Shown here: one piece after another, positions 26,166 to 38,100 of the stretch
Numbering within the stretch: the stretch's first letter is position 1
Layout: every line of letters starts with the position of its first letter
Assembly: GCA_028534125.1 (NCBI GenBank)
Contig: CM052816.1
Coordinates: 47,060,001 to 47,124,000 of the forward strand
DNA: 64,000 nt
Reading direction: 5' to 3'
Source: Lama glama
Taxonomy: Eukaryota
Made by a program: the position numbers and the translations under genes
Notes under the pieces: model-generated
Databases searched by the model: none
Told to the model about the DNA's origin: nothing
Seen by the model: only the letters and a program-made list of their open reading frames with translations

Positions 26166-26977
26166 CTCCACTTTTCTCATGTCCCATAATAATAACCCTC
26201 TCCAGTTACACCATGTGGCGACATACTAATAATAGTATTGGCAACTTTAAAAAAACATTTACCCCCAGTTTAGTGTTTGAATCTAATTGTTACAATGAAT
26301 CTCCAGTTTCCAGAGAGCTGTATAAGAGGATCAGAATATGTTGCATTCACATCTCAGATATTCCCTGAATTCCACAGGGTTTTGTGTTTGTCTGGTTTGA
26401 AGGTGTTCTGCATTATTAAGTGAAAACGTCTCCCGCATCACTAAACTCACTCTAGAAAGTAACCATTTTTTAAAAAATGGCCTCACTTGTTTATTTTATT
26501 TTGTTATGTTAATTGCATTCAATATGTAATTTTTTACATATTATCTTCTTGCTTATTTACATTAGAACACATATTGCAGCGGAGAAGGAAAATGCAATCT
26601 GTACCTGATACTGTCTGCAAACCACACCAACATATTCACTAATGTGTTCATTAAGTGTTAAATAAGGAAGTATTATGTGTTTTTTACTATCCATAAATCC
26701 TTAGTATATTATTATATAGATGTCTAAGAGTGTTTTAATGATGTTTAGGGGAACTGGGTGGGTTTTTTACATGTACTAAGAATGCATTATTGTTCTTCCC
26801 ATTTAAAATAATAACATATTTGCTTTGCTACACAAAAATTTGCCTTCCCGTATGTTTTCAGAAGTGGATTACATTCAGATAACTAGGAATGCCTATAATT
26901 ATATTCCTTGAGCATTTACTATGTTAGGCTTTGTGTTAAGTATTTCACATACATTCTCTCTTTAAAATAAACTGCCT

Positions 26978-27181
26978 TAAAATAGATAAACAGCAAGTTT
27001 ATACTGTATAACATAGGGAACCATATTCAATATCTTGTAATAACCTATGGTGAAGAAGAATATGAGAATGAATGTATGTATGTTCCTATGTGACTGAAGC
27101 ACAGTGCTGTACACCAGAAATTGACACAACATTGTAAACTGACTATGCTTCTGTAAAAATATATTTTAAAAATAAATAGAT
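26978..27181 (+). mobile_element. 5'-truncated L1 (3'UTR only)
   Basis: Homologous to the 3'UTR at ~22475-22640. TSD aaaataaactgcct at 26964-26977 and 27182-27195, at a canonical TT|AAAA target. Confidence 0.9.
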
Positions 27182-27339
27182 AAAATAAACTGCCTCAACA
27201 GAGGTACCTAGGAGAAAGAATAGAGAATGGATGTGGAAGAGAGGTAGAAGACTTCATTTTAAATTTTTAGAAAATATGTAAGTAATTCTGGTTCTTAATC
27301 CTGAGATGAGATAAAAATCCACTGTTCTCACTGTAAAGA

Positions 27340-27960
27340 TAAGACATTCCCATCCCTCACTTTCCATTAACTGCTGCGTCCTCTGAATTCTGGCTTATGC
27401 TCCGCCATTGCATTAAAACTCTTATCAGTCATGTTCATCAACAGCCTCTTGTGGTAAACCCAATGGGTTTCAGTTCTTATCCTGTGTGACTTCTTGACTT
27501 TTTTCTTTTTAACACTTTTGATCATTTAGTCTTTTTAAAATATTCTATTCTCAAATATGTATCCTCATGCCAGATTTCTTGCCTGATCTGTAGACCCTGA
27601 ATTTATTTGCACCCTGGACATCACAACTTAGATGTCTTATGGACACACCTATAATTCAGTTATTTGAAACTGAATTCATCACATCTCACTCCCCTAAAAT
27701 TTGCTCTTCCTCCTGTGTTTCCCATTTCAATAAATGTGTTCATGATTACCTCCATTTCTTGAGGCAGAATTAAGGCATGATTCATGGATTTTCTCTCTCC
27801 TTTAGCTCTATTATCCAGCCAGTCATCAAATCCTGTTAATTCTGTCTCTTCAGTAGCTCTTAAACCCATCATGTTTCCAACCTCCAGCTACCATTTTAGT
27901 TCTGAATCTCATAATATTTTGACTATTTTATGCAGCAGTTTCCTAATTGGCCTTCCAGAT
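27340..27960 (+). mobile_element. L2 LINE fragment
   Basis: tctggcttatgctccgccattgcattaaaactctt is the decayed QSGF..H.TETAL region, and ctggacatcacaacttagatgtc...cctcctgtgtttcccatttcaataaatg is typical L2. Confidence 0.65.
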
Positions 27961-30884
27961 GGACAACTACATACTAACATAAACTGTTTGTTTTCCTGAA
28001 TTGATCAAATACACATGCTAACATAGATAAAGGAGGATGCTTGACATAGTTCTCAGACCATGCAGAACATGGGGCAGGTTCAGCAAGACTGCAGGAAGAA
28101 GGCAGTTGGAGGAACCAATAAAGAACAAGCAGGTGTTATGTTCAGGGGGATGATGGAGAGCAGCTAAAAATGATTACCAAGAATCATACAGGAAATGCCA
28201 AAGACTGAGGTAAGAACAAGAACCAAGGATTGGCAACTATTGAAACAAACCAAGTGGCAGTAGCAGGATTCATAGGATTCTACAGAATATCTTATTTCTT
28301 ACACAGACCATTTTTAATGGACCAGGTGTATACTTGCTGCTATTTGCATAATGGCATCTTAAAAGATGTCATGTAGCATCTTTCTTGAGATACATGGTCT
28401 CAAGAAGTGGGGGTAAAACATTTCAGCTGTGTATCAAAGTAGGAGATTGCTGAATTGAGCCAATGGTTAAAAAAGGGAATGACTGAGTTAGTTATTTGGG
28501 GTAAAGGTAATATTTATGTCTAATTGTATGTCTTTTGCATCTTCCCTTCCTCAACTTCATTCTAGGATTCCTTAATTCAAAGAACTGCCTTTAACCCATA
28601 TCCCTCTGTCTCTGCTCATAATACCTGCTTAGGCTACATCAGGCTTCTCCATAGTATAATTTTGATTACTTTGAAGCAGGATTCTGTACAATTTGTTCTC
28701 GCCACTTACAATGGTATTAGAGAAATGTTGACATGATATGTTGATCTTTGGATAGAACAGTAAATAAGCTATAAAAATAATTAATTACAGATAAATAATG
28801 TATAGCAAAGGATATCATTTTAGCTAAAATATATATATGGAACTTGGAATATTCTAAAATACTCCAATAACTTTCCTTGGATGTAGATTAAAATAATATT
28901 TTGTTTTCCAATCAACATCAATTTCTTGCAAATAGTTTACATGCTCTGGGTTTAAGAAAAATTACCTTCTCTTAATTTTGTATTTTGTAAAAATTTTAGT
29001 GAAAGTAGGTAAAATTATTTATTGTCTATCCAAATGTTAAAGATCTATATAATTAAAAATTTGAGATCATATTCCTTGAATAGTTGATAAATAAAAGCAA
29101 TGAACAAAGCAGAATTTGGAAATTGTATTGATGTTTCCAATTTTATGAAATTTAACCTAATGAAGGCAAAATAAACATGGAGATCTGCAAGGTCTGTTTA
29201 GCTCTTCATTCTGAAATGCTAAATATTTTTATTTCTTTTAAAACTGATTTTGTGAGTTCCATTGTCCTTAGGGGTGATTCTGAATGCTATCTTTCTAAAG
29301 ATGAAGAGTTAAGGAATGGATTGTATGAAATGATAATAGTAAAGAGTAATTAATAATGATTATAATAGCCATTAATTAATAAACCCATTATAATTACTTA
29401 TTACAGTGATTTCAAAAAATGACTTTATATTAATGGATCAATGAGAGAAAAAGGAGAGTCTTTAAGTTTCCAGGAGAGCAGGTGTGTGGAAAGTTAATAG
29501 AGGATAGAGCTTGTTAAAGCTATCGTCTGAATGGCTTGTCCTTAGACATTTTTCACATATCTTCTGAGAAGACAGGATTTTTTTTTTCTCCTAAGACTCT
29601 CCATGTCCAAATGGTTCAGTGCTGAAAAATTCTCTTAATATTTCCTCCTGCATACATCTCAAGGAGCAGCTTGTTGATCCCACCTGATGATCTGATTTCC
29701 GGTGAACTGAAAAAGCATATCTGCACAAACAATGAAGGCTCTGAATCAACCACTGTGTCTCTGGCTGATACAGCTATAATACATCAGTTTCTAGTGTCAC
29801 ATTGTCTCCTGTACAACCATCTCACATTTTTATCATACTTTATAGCTTGAAAGGGATTTCATGCATATTCTAACATTGGGTTCTGAAGAAAATCCCATGA
29901 GATGGGTAGGGCAGATTTTTGCCAAGATATACAGATAGAAAAACATAGACATTTGGAACGTGGCCATGAAGTATGATAAATATGAGGCCAAGTTAGATCT
30001 CCCTTCTAGTAAGGAGTGTGGCACAGATGGGAAGTTGACTGAGCAAGCATCTCAACCGCAGGAAGACACAGTTGAACACCTAGAGATGATTGCACAAAGA
30101 GAAGTCAGCTTTTTCAATGATCCTCATCTCAATACCAAAAGATCCTTTGTGTTTTTCTAGCAAGAGTCCCCAGTTCCAGGACCCGAGGTTTCCCCTCTAC
30201 GTATTGGCTTCAAAACAGCTTGATTTGGATCCCTTCCCCAGTAGTCTGAACAGAAAGGAAGTGTACTCATCTCATTAGATTATATGGAACATAGAAATCA
30301 GGTCGGGGGATGCAGTGGTGGAGCCTCCTAAAAACCTAAGTTTCTTTATCACTGAACTGGTCCTGGTTAAAGCTAACATTTTCTACTAAGCGGTAACAAA
30401 CAAACAAACAAACAAAAAATCTCACAGACACTGTAGAGAGACAGTTGATGTATCTGAAGAGCTCTTTTAACCCTAAAGATGGTCAAGAAACAGTGAGGGG
30501 AGTTGGGTAAAGCAACTGCATCTTCAGAGTTAAGGCAATGTCTTGGTCACTGACTGATACTAACAACAGCAGGAAAAAAGTCATTGGCAAGATAATGAGA
30601 GAAGGAAAGAGGAAGGAAAGGATACTCAAAAAATAAAAATAGGAGACACGGACAAAGTACAAAGCTGAACTTACTTTTTTTCCATTTTGAAAAACTATCC
30701 AGAAAAAAATGATAATCATAGCTATTACATATAGGTTTAAAATTCAGGAATTAATTATATACCAATATAAGATAAGGTATAAGTTTATGTCCAAGATCAA
30801 TAGCACGTTTTTCTTTATGCAAATCTTATTTCTGAAATCTAACAAGAGGCATGAGGATTGACCCTGGCAAAAAGAAGGACACAG

Positions 30885-33575
30885 TTCCTTTCTTCTTTTT
30901 TTTGTTCTCTTCCCTTGTGATTCGGTCACTATCTTTAGTGTTGTTTGGATTCCTTTTTCTTTTTTTGTTTGTATACCTATTACAGACTTCTGGTTTGCAG
31001 TTACCATGAGGTTTTTGTATAGCAGTCTCTCTTTCTCTATATGATTCCTTTAAGTTGCTGATCACTTAATTTCAGACGCATTTTAAAAACCTGCATTGGA
31101 GCTCAGAGCATAGCTCAGTGGTAGAGGGCATGCTCAGCATGCACGAGGTCCTGGGTTCAATCCCCAGTACCTCCATTTAAAAAAACAAAACAAAAAACCT
31201 GTGTCTGTACTCTCTTCCCATGACGATTATTGTCTTTGAGATCATATTTTACCTGTAATTGTTTTGTATACCCCTTAACTGCTTATTGTGGATATAGAAT
31301 ACATTTGTCTTTTAACCTCCCTACTAGCTTTGTGTGTGGATGGTTTCCTACCTTTACTGCATGTTTGCTTTTGCTGGTGAGCTCTTTCATTTCATAATTT
31401 TCTTGTTTCTAGGTGGCCTTTTCTTTTTTCGCCTGTACAAGTTCCTTTAACATTTGTTATAAAGCTGGTTTGGTGGTGCTGAATTCTTTTAGCTTTTGCT
31501 TGTCTGTAAAGCTTTTGATTTCTCTATCAAGTCTGAAGGAGGGCCTTGCTTCGTAGGGTATTCTTGGTTGTAAGTTTTCCCCCTTTCATGACGTCAACAT
31601 ATTGTGCCACTCCCTTCTGGCCTGCAGAGTTTCTGCTGAAAAATCAGCTGATAGACTGATGAGTGTTCTCTTGTGTGTCCTTTGTTGCTTTTCCCTTGCT
31701 GTTTTTAATATTCTCTTTATTTTTAATTTTTGTCATTTTAATTACAATGTGCCTTAGTGTGTCCCTTTGTTGGTTAATCCTATATGGGACTCTCTGCATT
31801 TCCTGGAGTTTGGTGTCTGTTTCCTTTCCCAGGTTAGGGAAGTTTTCAGCTATTAGATTTTCATATATATTCTCAGCCCCTTTCTCTGTCTCTTCTCCTT
31901 CTGGGACCCATAATGGAAATAGTAGTGCAGTTGGTGTTGTATCAAAGGTCTCTTAAACTGCCCTTGTTTCTTTTTATTCTTTTTTCTTTTTTCTGTTTCG
32001 TGGCCATGATTTCCACTACTCTGTCTTCCAGCTCACTTGTCTGTTCCTCTATATCATTTAGTCTACTATTGCTTTCTTCTAGTGTTTTTTCCATTTCACT
32101 TATTGTATTCTTCATCTCTGGTTGTTCTTTATATTTTCTAACTCTTTATTGAAAACGTCTAGCTTCTTGTTCTGTGCATTCATTCTTCTCCCGAGTTCTT
32201 TCATCATCTTTGCAGTCATTGCTCTGAATTCTTTCTCAGGGAGATTGCCTGTCTCCGCCTCACTTAGTTCTTTCTTCTTGGGTTTTATCTTGTTCCTTTG
32301 TCTGGAACATGTTCCTCTGCCACCTCATTTTGTCTAAGTTGCTATTCGTATTTTTATGTATGTGGTAGGTTAGTTACGTTTCTCGACCTTGGAGAAGTAA
32401 CCTTCTGTAGGAGATGTCCTATGGGTGCCAGCAATGCCCTCCCCTCTCACCACCCAAGCTATGTGTTCTAGGGATTCTCCCTAAGAGGGCTGCATGGGTC
32501 CTTCTGTTGTGGCAGGCTGGCTATGTGGGCAGTCTGGTAGGCTTGGTTGGTCCCTGGCTCAGCTGGCTGCCAGGCCCTGCCTTGTGTGGATGCTGCTGGC
32601 TGCTGGTTAGTGGGGCCTGGTCACAAGGCGGCTAAATGCAGAACCCTGGGGGCGCAGGGCTTGTGCTGGCTCACTGATGGGCAGAGTCAATGTCAGGAAG
32701 ACTCTGGGGCTGTTGCCCACCCACTGACAAGTAAAGCCAGGCCCTGAGGTAGTGCTGGACTATTGGCAGGCAGAGCTGGGTCCTGGAGTCTGGCTGTAGG
32801 GCCCACGGTTCCCAGAGCTGATGACAGATTGCTGGTGGAGGGTCCTGGCTCCTGACACAGTTGAGTATGGGGTCTGGGGTGTTCCAAAGCTTGTGTTGGC
32901 CTGCTAGTGGGCAGGGCCAGGGCCCAGCTGATCTCAGGGCCCAGCTTGTATCAGGTTAGGGTCTGGCTGTAGGCAGGTTGGACCCACAGGCTGCAAGATT
33001 GTAGTTTTCTTGTGTCTGATGTCTGCCTTCTGGTGAGTGAGACTGGTCTAGAGGCTACAGCAGGCTCCCCAGACGGCAGGGCTGGTGCCTGCCCACGGGT
33101 GAATGGAGCTGGGTCTTGGCCATCTTGTGGGCAGAGTCATAGGTAGAGGCCTGTCTGGGGCAGCTGTGAGCTCAGGAAGTCTTTAGGCAGCCTGTCTGCT
33201 GATGAGTGGGGCTCTGTCCCCTCCCAGTTAGTTGTTTAGCCTGAGGCATCCCAGCACTGGTGCCTATAGGCAGTAGGGTGGGGCAAGGCCTTGGTGCTAA
33301 TGAGCTAGAGAGTGGGTCCCATGATGGTGCCTGCCAGCTTCCCAAATATGGCTGCTGCCAGTGTCTCTGGCCCCAGGGTGAGTTGTGAGTCCACCCCTCC
33401 TACCTGTCTCTCTGTAGTTTCTTCTTTATGTCTTGAGTTGTAGAAGATTTTTTCTGGTAGGTGTGGGTTTTGGTCTTTCTTATCCATGGTTGTTCTGCAG
33501 ATAGTCATGGCTTTGGTTTGCTTACAAGAGGAGGTGAGCCCAGGGTCTTTCTACTTCACCATCTTGGCCAATCTG
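30885..33575 (-). mobile_element. L1 5' portion (5'UTR, ORF1 and downstream spacer), no ORF2 or 3' end
   Basis: Reverse complement of ~31600-31668 translates as LSADFSAETLQARREWHN (ORF1p). GC-rich 5'UTR at ~32400-33575 begins ggccaagatggtgaagtag, a CpG-decayed L1 YY1 start motif. Confidence 0.88.
31098..31192 (+). mobile_element. tRNA-Ala-derived SINE (camelid vic-1-like), nested in L1
   Basis: tagctcagtggtagag (A box), ggttcaatccc (B box), acctcca and an A-rich tail. TSD aaaaacctg(catt/tgtc). Confidence 0.88.
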
Positions 33576-34766
33576 CTGATGGTATCAGATGGACGTTGTT
33601 AAAAACTGAAATGTACCTAAGTCTCTATTAACACATTTTAATATATCTCTAAAATCAGAATAATAAATCATAATATGACAAGATGGAAAAACGTTTGCAT
33701 TTCAGGTCATGTAAGACATGTGTATTCCTGCATTCAGTTATACATTCTACTTGCTGAATAGGTTTCAGTTTCAATTTCATTGACATATGTTTTGATAAAC
33801 ATAAAGTTTTAAGCATGTTCTTTTAGTAAAATGTCAATTTGCACGTATATTCAATTTGCTTCTAGTCTTTTTACCCATATGTTTATTGACTTTTAGCTGA
33901 GTCCCTGAGGTTCTTAAAAATTATGTAGGGCTATTTTCCCTTTGTCCCTGAGATTGGCACTGATCTAACTCAAGTTGTGCATTTAAAATGTTGTAAGTAA
34001 ATAAACACAATATACACTATAATAAAAATAGAAAAATAAAAATAACAACCTGGAGTTATCTCAGTATTTTACTCTGTATGACACAAGGTACCCTGACAGG
34101 TAACTTAGTCACCTTCCATTCCAGAATGGAGTTGCAATGTAGTGATTTTGCACCTTATTGTGGATTTTAATAAATTTTTGCTGAAGCAAATTGGAGTTGA
34201 TCGGCTCACATAGTGATACCTACTTGAGGCAGATCTATTCAGATAATTTTGCTATTTTGCTAACAATATCCCTCCCATTTGCCTCCTCATTCCATTTTTA
34301 TCACACACAAAGTAGTAAAGAAAGGGAAGAGAAAACTTTGGAGATGTTGTGACAAAACACAATTGTGAAATGGAAATGCTTACTAGTTGGACCCTATTTT
34401 TTCCAGAAGGAAGTACCTTTCAGTTTACCTCTACCTTGAACAATTGTCCTGAGTGTTGATTTAGTCACCTGCCCTCAGTCACACAGTTTGTAGAAACACT
34501 AGAGACAAAATCCAAAATGTGTTGTGCTCACCTCATTTAGGACTATCTCTGTTTTTAACAGAAAAGAATGGAAAATGACTTTGAATTAAAACAGGGATCA
34601 TAAACATCAGCAAGGAACTGAAAAGGGCAGTCTCACTCCCCAAATTCTTTATGGTCAACTATACGTGGTCATAAGGACCTAGAGAATTCTGAAATGTACT
34701 GTCTGAATTTTTTTTTTAATGGCTAGCATCCATTCTGATTGGTTTTTATGTCCATTCTAATTGGTC

Positions 34767-35197
34767 TATTTATTTTTGACAGCTTTATTGAGATAAAATT
34801 GATATATAACACACTGCTCATATGTAATTGTGTATTTTTCAAAAGTTTTTCCTATGTCTTCACCTGTGAAAACCATTACCACAATCAAGACACGTAACAT
34901 ATCCATCACCCCCCGAAGTTTGCTCACGTTTTTGTAACTCCTGCCTCCTGATCCTTCCTCTAGACAATGACTGGTCTGCTTTCTGTCACTATACATTAGT
35001 TTGAATTTCCTAGACTATTATATAAATGTGTGTACTCTTTTTTTGGTGTTGCTTCTTTCACTCAGCATTGTTTTGTTGAGCTTCTTCCATGTTATAAAAT
35101 GTATCGATGGTTCTTTTTTTTTTTGTATTGTTGAGTACTATTCCATTCTTTGACTATACTACAGCTTGTCTATCCATTCACCTGTTTATGGACAGCT
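34767..35197 (-). mobile_element. Old L1 (L1MB-like) 3'UTR fragment
   Basis: acagctttattgagataaaattgatata...accattaccacaatcaagac...aacatatccatcacccc...tatccattcacctgtttatggaca. Confidence 0.8.
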
Positions 35198-38100
35198 GTC
35201 TAAATCTTTAGGGTTATTGGAGCTACACAGGTTTGAGCTTTTTTTAGACAGATGTGCAGTTATGATTGCATTTTGCCTATGTTTCTAAGCCTGGTTAGCA
35301 GATCATCATAATGTAACTCTTAAAAGAAGTATTTCTGTTTTACAAATGATAAAACACCAACATCTCAGGATTGGTAACCTATTACACTTTTTTCTTTAAC
35401 TTAGGCTTGGTCTATATATTAAAACAACTGGTCATCTCAGTTGACAAAGTGTCTGATTAACCTGGGTAATCAAATCAGCTGATTAATAATCAAAATGGCT
35501 GATCTGAGAGCCTTGAGAACAAATATAGCTTTCTGCTGAGTTTCACTGATTCTTTACTAACTCACTCTTTTGTTTCTATTTGTTGGAGGAACTTATCTAA
35601 AACACACGATTATTAACCTTTTTTTAATAAAAATTAATTACTGCCTTATATCTATAAGCAAGTCAAGAATAAAAGATACATTTCATTGGGGGAAAATTCC
35701 ACTTTATTTTATAATTTTAAGAAGTCTTTTAAAAACTAAGAATGGAATTTTTTGAAATTTGAAAAATCCATTGATATTTTTTCAATCGGTTGAGGGTATA
35801 GGGAAATGATGGGGCAGTTTAATAATTTCATTGATTGGCACTATGGGAATATACTCATATTTCACAGGTATACCATTAATAATGCCCAATCCTGCAGTCC
35901 CTTTTCATGCAGAACTCCCACTGGGATTACCACATGAGAAAGAAATGTAGGATGAAACCCGATTATTATAATTCACACGACTAATTACGACTTTGAGTTT
36001 TCCTGGATAAGCTAATTCCTTCTGTGCCCTGGGATCAGTAAGCAGGAATGCAGTCTCACAAGGACTTCACTGCATTTAACAGTACGTATATTTATAAATA
36101 AGCCCAGAGACGTTAAACAGTCCTTGAGCTCTCTGTTACTTTCTCTGCATTTTGTTTTTAAAGTAACAAAAAATTTTAAATATAAGAGAATTCCACAGGT
36201 GTTGTGGTACTAAAAAAATAAAAGTAAAAAATAAGGCACACACCAATCACGTATTTTTGGGTTCTGACTCATTTGTTTTAAATAGAATGTTTATTTTTAT
36301 TGGCATCACTGGTGAATAAGACTAAAGAGGGACATGGGAAAGCAAGGATTAAAGAGGACTTGAAAGAAAGGAGAACCATAGACAAATAAGAGTTGGAAGG
36401 AAAAGAGAGAAAGAGAAGGACTGCTGTAAGATAAAAGAAGACTGGCAGGAGGGGCTCTGCTTAATTTTCTTTTTTCTTTTTTTTTTTGTGGAGAGCTTTG
36501 TGAGTGGCATAAAATGATTAGATATTCTTGAATGATTTGAAATCTGTGTTTGATTTTTTTTTTTTTTTTTTTGGTGTGACAAATCTCACCAACACTGATT
36601 CCGGAGTTTTTTATGATGCCACTATAAACAAATCCCTCCAACAGCCTTTCTTATTCAGGCGCCCATTGTACATCTATCTGAGAGGGAGTTTCTTTGTGTA
36701 CTGAGTAATTTCCATGTTGTGAGGTTTCTTGTCTTCAGTTACCTCCAGTTTTGTGCTTTAGTCAGAAAACTCACATAGCATTCAAAAAAGAAAACTCAAA
36801 GCAACGTAGACTTTTGTGCCTTTTACAAAGAATTAGGGCTATGTGCCCTGCCAATATAGCAATATATTATATAAGGTCAATACTCCTTTTCACATGCCTC
36901 TAATACAGATGCATTTTATGAGGTAGAACAGCAAACACTGAATCACTCTAGTAGAGATACACAAAACAAGTAATTATCGCTAGTTGCAGAAAAATAATTA
37001 TGCGGTTATGTGCTGAAAACCAGTTTTTAACTAGGAGGAGAAATTCTACCAAAAAAGCACGTGGAAAGGCTAAATGTTGTGCTCTGGAAAAATAACCCAT
37101 TCTACAAAACTTCCTAATGCAGCTATATCATCCAGAAGAGGTACCATACTTCTTATTTTTTTTTAAAGTAATAGCACACTGCACACTGGATGTAATACAC
37201 AATGCTCATATACAAGGCACATACAATTATTGCCATTTTCAGTTGATTTTCTGTCAAAGTGACCATTTTCCTCTATTATCAATTCATTTAATATTTCAGC
37301 AAAAACACCTTTTTTTGGTCATTTAATGCTTACCAGGTTATTCTTGATTATGATCCAGTGGACACTTAAGGATCACTGGCAGGTCTTAGTTGGAGTCAGA
37401 TTACTATCATAAATGCTACTGCGTAGCCGCTGTGTCTAAAATGTATAAAATAGCATTTAGCCCACGGAAAAAAAGGCAATAGGGCTTTATTTGTAATGCA
37501 GCATATTTTCTTTACATTATATACGGCATCTGTGAAATGTGGACATTTCTAGAGAAGGTATTTATCTCACATATCTACAGCAAGTTCCCTCTGCTCTTAC
37601 CGGTACCTAGCCCACATTGAAGCCAAGAGGATTTTGCTTCCTTGCTGTTAAGCATGGCTGTTCTGGGCCTTTTAACTAAATCCACCACCAAGAATGAACT
37701 TAGAGCAGAAACAGCAAGTACAGCTACATTTAGGCTTATATCAGCATTTCTGTTTAACACACTTTAAAACTTTATTTAAGTAATGTGGAGGTTCTGACAT
37801 GACGTGACAAAACCCAAGCATGTGAGCTGGATGAAACTATCTTTAGCCAGGATTCCTGGGCCAACCTAGTCAAGTATCTGGGCTAAAGAGAGAGGCTCAG
37901 CTTTGCCTCTGAATTTTCAGGAGTGTGGAGGCTCTTTTTAAAGTCTTTGTTTTATTAAACAGATCTTATCGACACACTGTAATGGCATCTGTGGCCAGCA
38001 AACAAGCCTGTGAAGCTTGAGGAAGTTTCCACCCTAATCCTTTCAATTTCTTCTCGCTGCTTCGTCCCCTGTCCCCAGCCCCCAGCCCCACAGTTGCAAA

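Noticed and set aside
31098..31175. tRNA-Ala gene
   Set aside because: Mismatched stems, an A-tail and TSDs show it is a SINE. The same applies to 55080-55163.
31663..32337. Chain of F/L/S-rich membrane-like ORFs
   Set aside because: Antisense of A-rich L1 ORF1.
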